Shown: piece after piece, positions 10,276 to 20,435 of the stretch | How the letters are laid out: each line of letters opens with the position of its first letter | Position numbering within the stretch: the stretch's first letter is position 1 | Assembly: GCF_000195855.1 (NCBI RefSeq) | Contig: NC_002677.1 | Location: 3,000,001 to 3,032,000, forward strand | From: Mycobacterium leprae TN | Lineage (GTDB): Bacteria; Actinomycetota; Actinomycetes; Mycobacteriales; Mycobacteriaceae | Length of the DNA: 32,000 nt | Direction: 5' to 3' | Notes under the pieces: generated by a model | Told to the model about the DNA's origin: nothing | Databases searched by the model: none | The model's input: the letters and a program-made list of their open reading frames with translations, nothing else | Translations under genes and position numbers: made by a program

Positions 10276-11699
10276 GGGGTGGTACCCTCTCGGCGACGCG
10301 CAGCAATCGTGGCAGTCCCGACTACGGCCGCGACCACCATAACCAATGTGGCAGTCCCGGCAAATGCAACGTTTCGCGGCGTGTTGTCCTTCGGTGCTGG
10401 CGGCGGCGGTACAGTAACCAGCTTTACTGGGACTGGCGGCGAGTCGTTGGTTGCGGGCAGGTCCCAGGTCAGTGCTGCCACAGAATCCAAAGTACCGGAG
10501 CCAACGACGTTGGAGAGCGTCCGGGCACCGGTGTGCGCAGTCGCGGTTATACGGCGCATCACCTGTTTAGCGGTCAGTTCCGGATATTTGCTGCGAACTA
10601 ACGCCGCGACTCCCGAGACGTAGCCGGCAGCATAGCTGGTGCCGTTCAGCGCGATCTGTTGGTCCCGATCGTTAGGCAGGGCGTTAGCCAGATCTCCACT
10701 GTCACGGTTGCTCACCGAAACAATATTTTCGCCCGGCGCCGCAATACCCACCCACGGCCCGGCCATAGTGAATTTCGATGGCCGCCCACTCGGTGTCAGC
10801 GACGCCACCGATAGCACGTATGGCTGCCACCACGACGGAATGGAGACCGAGGTGACGCTCGCCCAGTTCCGCGGATCGTCCGGGCGGCCCAGGTCAGTGA
10901 GTGGGTTGGACTCGCAGTTCATGTTACCACCAACCGTTCCGGTCGACCCGGCATTGCCCGCCGGAGCCACGAGCAGGGCATCCTTGTCCACTGCCGCATA
11001 GCGGATCGCAGCACCAAGCCCGGACTGGTCAATGGACCGATCGGCGGGCAAGCAAGTTATCGCAGAGATGTTAATCACCCGCGCACCGAGGTCTGCAGCA
11101 TGTACAATAGCTCGGCTGAGCCTGGTCACCTCGAGGGACGCCTGCTTAAGCTGTGGATCGCCACCTAGCGATCGCAGTGAGAACTTGGCGGAGGTCACCC
11201 GGATGGACAGCAATCGCGCCGCGGGTGCGACACCCGAAAAACCGTCCTCACCAGAAGGAGCGGGTTGGCCGGCGACTATCCCAGCGACCAGGGTTCCGTG
11301 CCCGTCGCAATCGGTCAAGCCGTCGCTCGATTCCACATAGTCGCCGCCGGCCTCGACGTTGGGCAGTCGCGGTCCTGGCCGTACCCCAGTATCGACGATC
11401 GCCACCAATTGACCCTCGCCGCGGGAAAACTGCCAGGCTGCAGGAAGATTCAGCATCGATTGACTGGATGTGACGATACCTAGATCGGTGCCGGGGATGA
11501 CTCCGGAAGTGATACATGAGCCGCGTTGTTGCATTATCTGCACGGGTCCCGGTGCGCCGTTCGGCGGTGGTACACCTGGATCGACTACCGGCGGACTGAT
11601 TGCGAGTGCCCACGGACAGCCTCGCAACAATGTTGCTTGGAAGACGACCAGAGTCGTTGCGATACCGGCTAGCCCAATTCGAAGTTCAGACCGCATCAT
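10272..11699 (-). CDS. mycP3: Mycosin-3, membrane-anchored subtilisin-like serine protease
   Basis: 475 aa ORF with signal region, catalytic triad motifs VAIVDTGV (Asp), CDGHGTLVAG (His), NGTSYAAGYVSGVAAL (Ser), and a C-terminal TM segment. Confidence 0.95.
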   Translation of the reverse strand: MMRSELRIGLAGIATTLVVFQATLLRGCPWALAISPPVVDPGVPPPNGAPGPVQIMQQRGSCITSGVIPGTDLGIVTSSQSMLNLPAAWQFSRGEGQLVAIVDTGVRPGPRLPNVEAGGDYVESSDGLTDCDGHGTLVAGIVAGQPAPSGEDGFSGVAPAARLLSIRVTSAKFSLRSLGGDPQLKQASLEVTRLSRAIVHAADLGARVINISAITCLPADRSIDQSGLGAAIRYAAVDKDALLVAPAGNAGSTGTVGGNMNCESNPLTDLGRPDDPRNWASVTSVSIPSWWQPYVLSVASLTPSGRPSKFTMAGPWVGIAAPGENIVSVSNRDSGDLANALPNDRDQQIALNGTSYAAGYVSGVAALVRSKYPELTAKQVMRRITATAHTGARTLSNVVGSGTLDSVAALTWDLPATNDSPPVPVKLVTVPPPPAPKDNTPRNVAFAGTATLVMVVAAVVGTATIAARRREGTTP

Positions 11700-11709
11700 C
11701 GATACCGCA

Positions 11710-13128
11710 TCATCGATTGAGTACCCAGCTGAAAAGACTAACCAGATAGGCCATGGCGGGGATCAGTGAAGCATCAAGACCGGAGGCGACCATGCCAAGC
11801 AGACGGCGCAATGGCAGCGAATAGCTATCCGACGAGGCGATCCGCGGGTTGAGTGCGACCACCGCCCATGCCAACACAACCACGACAAGCACCAGCAGCG
11901 CAGCGGAAGCAGCGACGTAACGTCCCGTAGCGGTGTAAAGCCCCAGCAGCACGCTGGCGACCAAATACGGCTGGGCAAGCAACCAGGCTTTACAGGCGAC
12001 CGAATCCCACACCCGGGCACGCAGTGTAGCGGCAACCGCGGTTGCGGCTACCAAGTACCAGCCCACACTGCTCACCGCCTCAGGACGCAATGCGATCGCC
12101 ACCGAGCCTAGCATGCTGAGCAACGTGGCGGCGGCGATAAAACCGCTCTGATGAGCAGAGCTGATGCGCACCCGACGCGGCAAGTCCTCAAGCACCTGAA
12201 ACGACGGCGCCGACGGGGTCGGATCACCCGGTGCCGGGATCACAGGCAATGGGAACCGCGCCCACAATGCGGAGAGCTGAGCCGCCTCGACAGTAACCAG
12301 CAAAGCAGCCAGAATCAAGCCACAGCCAATGGTCAATGGCGTTAGCTGCCAGAGCAATGCAGCGCCGGCCTCCAGCATCACAGCAACCCCGATCACCACA
12401 GTAGCAGTGAAAAAGGCAACGATCCGCACGCGTTCAGGACCAGGAACGATCAGAGCAATTAGCGACCACGCGGTAACGCCGGCGGAGGCTAACAACACCT
12501 GCGCTGGCCCGAATATGCCGGGTACCGCCAGCGCAAAGACGGCACCAATGGGTACCAGCGCTGCGATCGACAGTACCAACCCAGTGCGCGCCGCACGTGA
12601 CCTAAGGACCAAACCACCCAATGCGATGAGCACCGCGATCACAATGACCACGAGCAATCCGGTCAACGCACCGGTGACTGCCCGATAGGTGACACCCAGC
12701 CCAGTTGCCGCAAAGGTCACAGCGGTCGTCGCGGCCAGGGCCCCGCGTCGAATATGCGTCGGGCCCCACGACTGTAGCCGGGCTGTCGAGAAGATCATCG
12801 CGGCATCGGCGATATCCTCGACAATACCGGGCGCCGCCGGACCGACTGGCACCGGCTGCAATGCGAGCAGATCACCGTCGACGACTCCAACGGTGTCCAG
12901 GCTGGCATCCAGGCTGAATGGTGCTCCACCGATGGGAGCCAGGCTCAGGTGCAAACTCGCGTTGGCAGCCAGCGGAGAATCATTATCCGACGCTGCAGGA
13001 ACCACCAAACGCTTTACCGCGGGAAGGATTTCGCGCAACGGCAATTCGGTGGGCAGAGCCATTTCTATCAACCGGCTGTCCGCGAGAATGGCGACGCGGA
13101 CTATCGGCATGACGGCACCGGACGTCAC
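11710..13128 (-). CDS. eccD3: ESX-3 membrane channel component EccD3
   Basis: Ubiquitin-like N-terminus (MPIVRVAILADSRLIEMALPTELPLREILPAV) followed by about 11 hydrophobic segments. The track extends to 13167. A GTG at 13128 with GAGGG just upstream, or the ATG at 13110, is a plausible start. Confidence 0.95.
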   Translation of the reverse strand: MTSGAVMPIVRVAILADSRLIEMALPTELPLREILPAVKRLVVPAASDNDSPLAANASLHLSLAPIGGAPFSLDASLDTVGVVDGDLLALQPVPVGPAAPGIVEDIADAAMIFSTARLQSWGPTHIRRGALAATTAVTFAATGLGVTYRAVTGALTGLLVVIVIAVLIALGGLVLRSRAARTGLVLSIAALVPIGAVFALAVPGIFGPAQVLLASAGVTAWSLIALIVPGPERVRIVAFFTATVVIGVAVMLEAGAALLWQLTPLTIGCGLILAALLVTVEAAQLSALWARFPLPVIPAPGDPTPSAPSFQVLEDLPRRVRISSAHQSGFIAAATLLSMLGSVAIALRPEAVSSVGWYLVAATAVAATLRARVWDSVACKAWLLAQPYLVASVLLGLYTATGRYVAASAALLVLVVVVLAWAVVALNPRIASSDSYSLPLRRLLGMVASGLDASLIPAMAYLVSLFSWVLNR

Positions 13129-13308
13129 CGGGCCCTCGCAAAATTCTTCTGCAAAGACGTACACCATACTTGGTACATCGTTTTCTCTCTATCTATGACG
13201 ACCGCATCGCCTGCACGGCCATGGTTTTCACTACTACTACGCTGTGTCACCCGACTGTTTTGAATCGCCGATCGCCTGCTCGGACTTGCGGCCCGCGTCG
13301 TAGTCTGG

Positions 13309-14178
13309 CTATGAAGTTTGGCCAGAGAAATCTCGACACAGTCGCTGGCCGGGGAACCATTGGCCCTCTGGCAAAGTGGCTGTTAGCTGTTCGATTCCGA
13401 CAGCGATGGCAAAGGGAGTCCCTGGGCTGAACGTGGACACCCACTCGCCGTCGAATGCGCGGGACGGATTGACCAGCACTCGGCCCGTGGTGGTGTCAAC
13501 GATACTCATCCCGACCTCGGTGGTAGCGTGCTTCCCGTCGCGGCGGCAGCCGGCGACTATCTCGACGTAGCTCCGAGGACCGGAGAACACCGATTCCACC
13601 ACCGGCTGCGCCGATTTAGGAATACCCAGGTAATCAGCGACTTCCGCTAACGAAGTGCCGGACCGCAATCGTTCGTCGGCCCGAACGCCGACCCGCATCG
13701 GCATGCTGAACTCGTCAAAGCGCGCCGGTGGCCGCTGCGCCAAGCCGGCGCCGAGAATCGGCACCAGCCTGAGCGGATCATCGATATCCATTGCGGTAAA
13801 CGTGATCAACTGCGCACTGCGCAGCGCGACCACGGTTTTGTCACTGACGCCAGCGCGCTGCGCAACCATGCCACGTAGCAGCTCGCTGTCGCCAACGGCC
13901 GACGTTGACCTTAAGTAACGGAGGTCGAGCCATCGATCAGGGAAACACACCACCCTGATCCAATCAGCGACTGTCGGATCGACGGAGTTTTCTGCCACCA
14001 ACAGACCCATCCGTGTCAGTTCGTCCACCTGACGTTCGACGAAGGCGCTCCGTTCCCCAGCGTCGCGATATGGGGTGGTAATAGCCAGAACCCACGGGAA
14101 GCTACCCGCTCCAATGACTTCCGCAATGAACCACGCGTGATCGACCGTCAACTCAACGGCGTTGGGATCGACCTTCAT
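13309..14178 (-). CDS. espG3: ESX-3 secretion-associated chaperone EspG3
   Basis: Strong match to EspG3 ([70 protein letters not shown]). I prefer the ATG at 14178 ([10 protein letters not shown]) over the track start at 14280, which would overlap esxH. Confidence 0.94.
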   Translation of the reverse strand: MKVDPNAVELTVDHAWFIAEVIGAGSFPWVLAITTPYRDAGERSAFVERQVDELTRMGLLVAENSVDPTVADWIRVVCFPDRWLDLRYLRSTSAVGDSELLRGMVAQRAGVSDKTVVALRSAQLITFTAMDIDDPLRLVPILGAGLAQRPPARFDEFSMPMRVGVRADERLRSGTSLAEVADYLGIPKSAQPVVESVFSGPRSYVEIVAGCRRDGKHATTEVGMSIVDTTTGRVLVNPSRAFDGEWVSTFSPGTPFAIAVGIEQLTATLPEGQWFPGQRLCRDFSGQTS

Positions 14179-14188
14179 GACCGCACGA

Positions 14189-14479
14189 TTAGCCGCCCCA
14201 TTTGGCGGCTTCAGCTTGGTCGCGGGTGAGCATAGCCAAAGTGTTGTTTTGGTGAGTGTTGGCCATTGCATGGTAGGCACGCACCATCTCTTCCGTGGCC
14301 TGGTTCCACTGCACCTGCCAGGCCTGATAACTAATCCCAGTATCGCCCCCCCAGCAAGCTTGCAACGCAGCTTGCTCGGCAGCGATGTCGATGCCCACCC
14401 CCTGCAAAGCGCCGGCGCAGGCTGACATATTCCCGGCGTGGTCCAACATTGCCGGGTAGTTGTACATAATCTGTGTCAT
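14189..14479 (-). CDS. esxH: ESAT-6-like protein EsxH (TB10.4 homologue)
   Basis: 96 aa, [12 protein letters not shown]...[19 protein letters not shown]...EAAKWGG; WxG motif present; directly follows esxG. Confidence 0.97.
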   Translation of the reverse strand: MTQIMYNYPAMLDHAGNMSACAGALQGVGIDIAAEQAALQACWGGDTGISYQAWQVQWNQATEEMVRAYHAMANTHQNNTLAMLTRDQAEAAKWGG

Positions 14480-14517
14480 AACAAATCCTTTCGGTTATTT
14501 TTAGTCTAGTAGTCGGA

Positions 14518-14814
14518 TCACAGCCCGGTGGTGTAAGTCGACGCAGCCGTAGCATCGGTGGCCACATACGTCTCTGCTGCCTCACCCAAATGCTGCTGCG
14601 CAATATCGAGCAGAGCGTTGATTTTCTCTGCCGCGGTGACAAACTGAGCATGCGCGGACTGAAATGCTGCGGAGCTCTCCCCCTGGTGAAACGCCTGAGC
14701 CGAGATCGCCTCACACTCAGCCTGATTAATCTGGCTGCGCATCAACGCAGCCTTGGCAGCGAACGCCGACTCCGAGGCGACCAGTTGTGGGATATGAACA
14801 TCCAAAAGACTCAC
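14518..14814 (-). CDS. esxG: ESAT-6-like protein EsxG
   Basis: 98 aa, MSLLDVHIPQLVASESAFAAKAALMRSQINQAE...SAQAFHQGESSAAFQSAHAQFV...YVATDATAASTYTTG; YxxxD secretion motif present. Confidence 0.97.
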   Translation of the reverse strand: MSLLDVHIPQLVASESAFAAKAALMRSQINQAECEAISAQAFHQGESSAAFQSAHAQFVTAAEKINALLDIAQQHLGEAAETYVATDATAASTYTTGL

Positions 14815-15041
14815 AACAATTATATCCTTTCATATTTCGATTACTAACGAACACATAGTGAAATTGCGTTATTAACTTTCCGAGCCTCCTCTCCCCAACC
14901 CATTGTGTTGGCTTGGCTGAGCTTGGCAAGATCTCCCGGATCTTGACCCCAGGTATCCAACACCCTCAGCACTTGTGAGCCGCCACCGAACTCATCGCCA
15001 ACTAGCATGGACAACCCACAACACGCTTAATCATTGGGCAC

Positions 15042-16100
15042 CTAGGCAGGCTTCTTTGTGTACGGTCCCGGCAAATCCGAACGCCCGAGCACTCTAGCCG
15101 GACACCACTGCGTGGCAATCGAACATAACTCCGATATTGGCATCCAGAAGTACCCTGTAGAACACACATATTCAGCCAATCGCCAGGACGTTGCTAGCCA
15201 CATAAACTGCCCCGCCGCAGCAGCGACGACTGGGGGCGCCGCCCCGACGGCCGGATCTGCAAATACTGCAATCTGGGTGGGCAGCCAAGCCAATGATGCA
15301 AATAAGCCCAGACTGCTAGCCAGCGGTACCGTGAATGGCGAACTCAAGATAAGAGCCCAGGTCGTCCAGCCTATAGCGTTAAAGAACAACTGGTAGACGA
15401 CCGCAGACAACAGCAGAACGTATGTCACCAACGCAGCTTCCGAATTGGTCAAGAATGCTTCAATTATCGCTACGGTTTTGGCAATCAGATTCTTCAAAAA
15501 CTCATAGATGTCTTGATATATCCATAGAGACAAGTTCATGTATGCGTTCCACCGTGCTTGGGGAAGCTGCCAGATCCACGACACAGGATCGTTGGCTGTG
15601 GCGCTGACGACTTCCCCGACTCCGGGATTCAGCACGACCGACGCCGAGATGATGCGCGGAGCCGACGCCAGCACTGCCACGATGGCCACCTGATAGGTGG
15701 CCATCGTGGCAGTGGCTTGGACCCACATCCGCGGATAGTCGGCATCATTGAGCGCGATCGGGATCGCATTGACCCCAAAAAATTTCGCCGACACCAATAC
15801 CCCACGGATGATGCGGTTGACAGCCAATTCAACTAACATCGGCATCACCGCTACCGCACTGGTGCATACTGCTGATGCGGTTTTTTCATGCTGGGTAGTC
15901 AATCCCACAGCCGCCTGGGCGGGGTACCCTGGAACCGATACTGCTAAGAACGCATTGGGATCTGCTGCAAACGGGCTGTATGCAGTACTTAGCTTGCTCC
16001 ATGCGGCGGCCGTGGCCAGCAGTAGTCCCGGCCCGGCGCCAGAGCTTAGCGAAACCGAATGCACCGCCGGCGGCGAGGTCATCCAGACAGTTGCACTCAT
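15042..16100 (-). CDS. PPE4: PPE4-like protein, shortened and internally deleted (352 aa)
   Basis: Starts [38 protein letters not shown]; contains [47 protein letters not shown]. It lies between PE5 and esxG. Possibly a functional remodelled gene, possibly an early pseudogene. Confidence 0.85.
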   Translation of the reverse strand: [352 protein letters not shown]

Positions 16101-16102
16101 CG

Positions 16103-16411
16103 TCAGCTTTCCACGATCCCATAAGTTGAAGCTGCCAAGGCATCACTGATTGCATAGTGCGTACTGGATTGGCCTACACCGATACCGGCGCGGCCCAGCT
16201 CTTCAACACCTTGGGCTGCCACCAGAGCGTGCTCTTGACCACGAGCACTGAACCCGGCGGCGGTCTGCAACGACACCGGATCCGCCGCCGGCGGCACCAC
16301 CGCAACGAGGCATGGAAACGCGGCAGCATGCGCGGCCTCCAGCCGTGCCGTCAGCGCCTTCATCGCCTCACTGGTCGCGGCCAGCTTCTCAGGAACAACT
16401 CGCAATGTCAT
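16103..16411 (-). CDS. PE5: PE family protein PE5 (ESX-3 associated)
   Basis: MTLRVVPEKLAATSEAMKALTARLEAAHAAAFPCLVAVVPPAADPVSLQTAAGFSARGQEH...ELGRAGIGVGQSSTHYAISDALAASTYGIVES; the PE-domain YxxxD motif (YAISD) is present. The track start is 3 codons upstream (16420). Confidence 0.93.
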   Translation of the reverse strand: MTLRVVPEKLAATSEAMKALTARLEAAHAAAFPCLVAVVPPAADPVSLQTAAGFSARGQEHALVAAQGVEELGRAGIGVGQSSTHYAISDALAASTYGIVES

Positions 16412-16445
16412 GACTATCACTCCTTCTGTCGCGTTTTACCAATCA

Positions 16446-19400
16446 TCAGAGGAATCCACCATCGTTGACCCGTTCTGGTACCGACTCTCCGGCCAACGGG
16501 TTGACCAACTGTACATACGTCGGGCTATTGCTGTCGCTCAGCAGAATCGCCCGTCCGGCCGGCAATCGGCTAAATCGCTGGCCCCGGATCTTGCCACTGT
16601 CGGCCGGATTGCCCGCTAACATCAGCGTAGTTGCCTGCAGGTCGTTCAAGCGACGCAGCAGTTGGTTGGTCATCAGCGCGTGCCCCGATCCGGTGGCACG
16701 CCCTGTGACGATCACCCGCAGCCCCAAATCACCGGCCTGACCAAGCAGCCCGATGAGGTTGGTCCACGGCCGCTGTCCGATATATGGACCGCTCATCGCT
16801 GGTGAATCCGGCACCTGGTCGACGTCGTCGATGAGCAAGTAATGGATGTGGCCCGCAAATGCCCAGCGGGACAATTCCGCTGCCGACAAACCTACCGGTG
16901 GCCGGCGCGCTTCGATGAGATTGGCCAGCCCAAGCATCGCCGGGATGATCCTGTCGATGTTGGCGGTGTATTCATTGTCGGGAAATAGTGGCTCGTCCAC
17001 GAGGTGCAGCCGCCGATCCAGCACAATAAACGCTACCTGGTCGGGGGAAGAATGTTCGCGGATCGTGCGGATGATGTGGCGCAGCAGCGTGGTCTTACCA
17101 GATTTACTGTCGCCAAACACCATTAACAATGGATTGTTGGCAAAGTCAACAACAACCGGTGCCAGATCCTCTTCACGCTGGCCGATTACAACTTGTTCCG
17201 GGCCTCGATAGAGTGCACCAACAGCATCGGGCGCAAGGTTGGCGGGCAGCAACCGCACCGGTGGCGCAGCCACACCGGCGTGGCGAGCATTGATCACGGC
17301 AACCTGGTCTAGCTGCGGAGCAGCGAATAAAAAATGTTCGGCGGCCATAGTCAACCCGCGACCAGGCTGATCGTGCGGGACAGCGTCGGCCGGGCGACGT
17401 AGTGCACCAACCACGCGCACGTTGCTGTCCCGGGCATCGGGCAGCTTGAGCTCTAATCGCAAACCGAACCCGTCTCGCATCACCAGCGGCACCTCTAGCC
17501 AGCTCGAGGTAGTGATTATCACATGTATTCCGTATGCCAGTCCGACATTGACGAGCTCAGTTACCTTGGCCAGCAACGGGTTACGGGTATTGAACTGATC
17601 CGTATTGTCGCGCCCGAAAGCGTAGAGGTTGTCGATGACGAGAAAGACATCGCCGAAACAGTCATCTGGAGCCGAACCACTGGCCCGCTTGTCCCGGAAT
17701 ACCTCCCGCTGTTGCCGTGATAGCAGCAGCTGCTCAAGCTCACCAAAGGTACGACGGATTCGTTCGGGTTCTAGAGCCGACGCAACGCTACCGATGTGCA
17801 GCAGATCCTGAATCGCTCGCAACTGTCCTCCACCATAGTCCAAGCAGTAGAACGTCACATCACGCGGCGAATGCAGACTCGCTGCTGATAAGATAAATGT
17901 CTGCAACGCAGTCGATTTTCCGGATTTTGGACCGCCGTGGATCACCATATTACCGGCAGACGAGTTAGCATCAAACATCAAAAGGTCACGACGCATTTCA
18001 AAAGGCTTGTCAATCTCGCCGAGCGGCCAGCGCCACTGCCGTTGCGGCACTTCGGCACTGGCTAGTATCGCAGTCAGCTGGATCGACTCGTCAAGCGGTG
18101 GCAGCCATAGCTTCGGCGCCCGGGGCTCGTAGCGCGCCAACTGTTCGCCGATTGTCGCTATCAGCTTGCGCGGCGGGGCTACCGACTCATCCTCGTCTTC
18201 ACTGGAGATGACGATGGGGTGATCCGGCTCCACCACACCGGCAGTGAACAGCTTTGGTTCTGGAGTAACTTCCACCACCCGAACCTTGGTTGATCGTGGA
18301 GGCTCGTAGATACCGTCGACGTAGGTGCTGCGGAACTTAATCGGCGCTGCGCCCGGGGACGGTACCAAAAAGCCCATGCCCTTGTGTTCTTTTCCCGACT
18401 CGATGTGATAAGCGTCCTCCACACCGATGATCTGACGGGAAACGCTGGCATTGGCCACCTTCAACCCAATTCGGTATGAAGTATTCTTGTCGATGTCTTT
18501 GATTTTGCCGAAGTCCAACGTCTGAGAAGCGAATAAGATATGAATCCGGAACGAGCGGCCCTTGCGTGCAACGTAGTCGAACAGCTCCGCGTACTCCGGA
18601 TGATCGGCCAACATCAGGGTGAACTCGTCTGCAACCACAAATAGTGTTGGAATCGGCGGCAGATCGACTGCGCCGGCAGCTATTGCGTTCTCATATTCGA
18701 GCACCGAGTTGAACGCACTACCCTGAACCCGGCGGCCGGCCTCACGTAACAGCGTCTCCCGACGGGCCACCTCACCGCGAAGTGTATCAGCGAACCTTTC
18801 GGCCAGCGACTTCTTCTCAGCCATATTCGAGATCACCGCGACAACCTGTGGGAAATTTCGGAAGCTGTCGGCACCAGCCTCACCCTTGAAATCTGCATAG
18901 ATCACGATCAGCCGGTCTGCCGAGTGAGTTGTTAACAGCGACAACAGAATCGACATCAGAGTCTGCGACTTACCGGATCCTGTCATCCCGATCATCAGGC
19001 CGTGCGGACCCATACCGCCCTCGGCTTCGTCCTTGAGATCAAACATCAACGGCTCGCCGGTGCCTGTAACACCGATCGGTATGCGTAGCTCGTCGTCGCG
19101 GCGTCGAGGAGCCCACAGTGTGGTCACATCCAGCCGTGACGCATCCGGGATTCCCAGCAGCGTCGTGAAGCTGGCGCCGCGGGTGGCCGCAGAGCGCAAC
19201 CCGGCGTGTGTAGGGTTGGAGTCCCACCGTGACAGCTGGCGGGCCAGGTGGGCGGCCTCGTGGGCGCCAAGTCGGTCAGCGGTGTCGATGTAGGGCTGCC
19301 AGCCTCCGGTCTGCCAACGTTCGATGGTGCCACGCACAATACGCAGTATCGGCTGATCGGGATCCGAATACTGTTCGCGGTGCGGCGGTGTGGTAGAGCA

Positions 19401-20435
19401 ATGCACCACCGTAACCCCGGCGCGGCCCATCACCAAAGTTGAGGCATTTAAATCGTAGTCGGGTTCATCGATCACTATCATCAGGTGACGCAGCGCATCA
19501 ACCGACATGCCAGTGAACGCAGGGCGGTCGGTAAGCGCAGCTCCCAGCAGTGAGACCAGCTCGTCGGGGTCGGTCGATAAGTAACGCGCCGAGCCGACAC
19601 CATCAAGCTGACCGGGAATGTCGACGTGTGGCAACCATTTAAGCCAGGACCAATCGCTGCTCTCCAGATCGCGAGTGGCCAGCGCCACCCCAAGCAACGC
19701 CGGATCGTGCCAGGTCACTGCCTGAGCAATCCAAGCGCGCAACGCCGCACGCGCTTCATCCTTGGAGCTCTCAGTGTCAATAAATACCGTAATCCGCGAA
19801 ACTTTGCTCAGATCAATTCCGGTCGGCACGTCACGAACGATGCGGTGGACATCGAGCAGACTACGTAATGCGCTATACGACACCGGCTCCAGGTCAATCT
19901 CGTCCGCAGTGTCTTTGACCCGCAGCGCGGCGTCCAGCGGCACTTGGCGCCGCCCGACCCGCACAAGCAGGAAGTCGGAGTCATGCGGGTCTCGCTCCCA
20001 CTGACGGCGGGATCCGGGCACGCCTGCCAACGCCGTCGGCTCAGGGTGGGACCACTGTGCGGCCGCGCGCTGCTCAGCGGCCTGGTTCCGGATGTTGTCT
20101 CGGACCACCGACAAGTATCGCAGGTAATCAGCCCGTTCGGCGTCGACCTCCTCGGTGCTCATCTTGTTGTCGTTGCCGCGATAGAGCGCGGTCGCCGCCA
20201 ACAACATCACGAATGGAAAGAACAATGTCTGGGGGGAGATGATCCGCATCCCGGTGGCGACCATCGCGATGATCATGCCGACGATCAGGATCACGATCAT
20301 GTAGGGCATCGCACGCCGCAGGAGCGACGGCGGAATCACACGAGGCAATTCAGAAGGCGCCTCGATGAGGATGGTACCCTTGCGGCTACTGGGTGGCGGT
20401 AGCCGCCGACGAGCTTCGAAGATAAGTCGACTCAT
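16446..20435 (-). CDS. eccC3: ESX-3 FtsK/SpoIIIE-type ATPase EccC3
   Basis: From [21 protein letters not shown] (20435). Two N-terminal TM helices, three nucleotide-binding domains with P-loops [18 protein letters not shown] and GDSKSGKTT. Start overlaps the eccB3 stop (ATGA). The track start at 20561 is unlikely. Confidence 0.96.
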   Translation of the reverse strand: MSRLIFEARRRLPPPSSRKGTILIEAPSELPRVIPPSLLRRAMPYMIVILIVGMIIAMVATGMRIISPQTLFFPFVMLLAATALYRGNDNKMSTEEVDAERADYLRYLSVVRDNIRNQAAEQRAAAQWSHPEPTALAGVPGSRRQWERDPHDSDFLLVRVGRRQVPLDAALRVKDTADEIDLEPVSYSALRSLLDVHRIVRDVPTGIDLSKVSRITVFIDTESSKDEARAALRAWIAQAVTWHDPALLGVALATRDLESSDWSWLKWLPHVDIPGQLDGVGSARYLSTDPDELVSLLGAALTDRPAFTGMSVDALRHLMIVIDEPDYDLNASTLVMGRAGVTVVHCSTTPPHREQYSDPDQPILRIVRGTIERWQTGGWQPYIDTADRLGAHEAAHLARQLSRWDSNPTHAGLRSAATRGASFTTLLGIPDASRLDVTTLWAPRRRDDELRIPIGVTGTGEPLMFDLKDEAEGGMGPHGLMIGMTGSGKSQTLMSILLSLLTTHSADRLIVIYADFKGEAGADSFRNFPQVVAVISNMAEKKSLAERFADTLRGEVARRETLLREAGRRVQGSAFNSVLEYENAIAAGAVDLPPIPTLFVVADEFTLMLADHPEYAELFDYVARKGRSFRIHILFASQTLDFGKIKDIDKNTSYRIGLKVANASVSRQIIGVEDAYHIESGKEHKGMGFLVPSPGAAPIKFRSTYVDGIYEPPRSTKVRVVEVTPEPKLFTAGVVEPDHPIVISSEDEDESVAPPRKLIATIGEQLARYEPRAPKLWLPPLDESIQLTAILASAEVPQRQWRWPLGEIDKPFEMRRDLLMFDANSSAGNMVIHGGPKSGKSTALQTFILSAASLHSPRDVTFYCLDYGGGQLRAIQDLLHIGSVASALEPERIRRTFGELEQLLLSRQQREVFRDKRASGSAPDDCFGDVFLVIDNLYAFGRDNTDQFNTRNPLLAKVTELVNVGLAYGIHVIITTSSWLEVPLVMRDGFGLRLELKLPDARDSNVRVVGALRRPADAVPHDQPGRGLTMAAEHFLFAAPQLDQVAVINARHAGVAAPPVRLLPANLAPDAVGALYRGPEQVVIGQREEDLAPVVVDFANNPLLMVFGDSKSGKTTLLRHIIRTIREHSSPDQVAFIVLDRRLHLVDEPLFPDNEYTANIDRIIPAMLGLANLIEARRPPVGLSAAELSRWAFAGHIHYLLIDDVDQVPDSPAMSGPYIGQRPWTNLIGLLGQAGDLGLRVIVTGRATGSGHALMTNQLLRRLNDLQATTLMLAGNPADSGKIRGQRFSRLPAGRAILLSDSNSPTYVQLVNPLAGESVPERVNDGGFL

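Noticed and set aside
9746-10306. 186-aa minus-strand ORF overlapping eccE3 and mycP3
   Set aside because: Alternate frame of eccE3, which has the family match; this one has no family motif.
11248-11613. 121-aa minus-strand ORF inside mycP3
   Set aside because: Out-of-frame with the protease ORF that carries the catalytic triad; Arg-rich shadow ORF.
19944-20402. 152-aa plus-strand ORF antisense to eccC3, along with similar ones at 12329..12688, 12689..13198, 16846..17211, 21576..21974 and 23754..23972
   Set aside because: All are opposite clearly conserved ESX-3 coding sequence and have the biased composition of antisense reading in high-GC genes.
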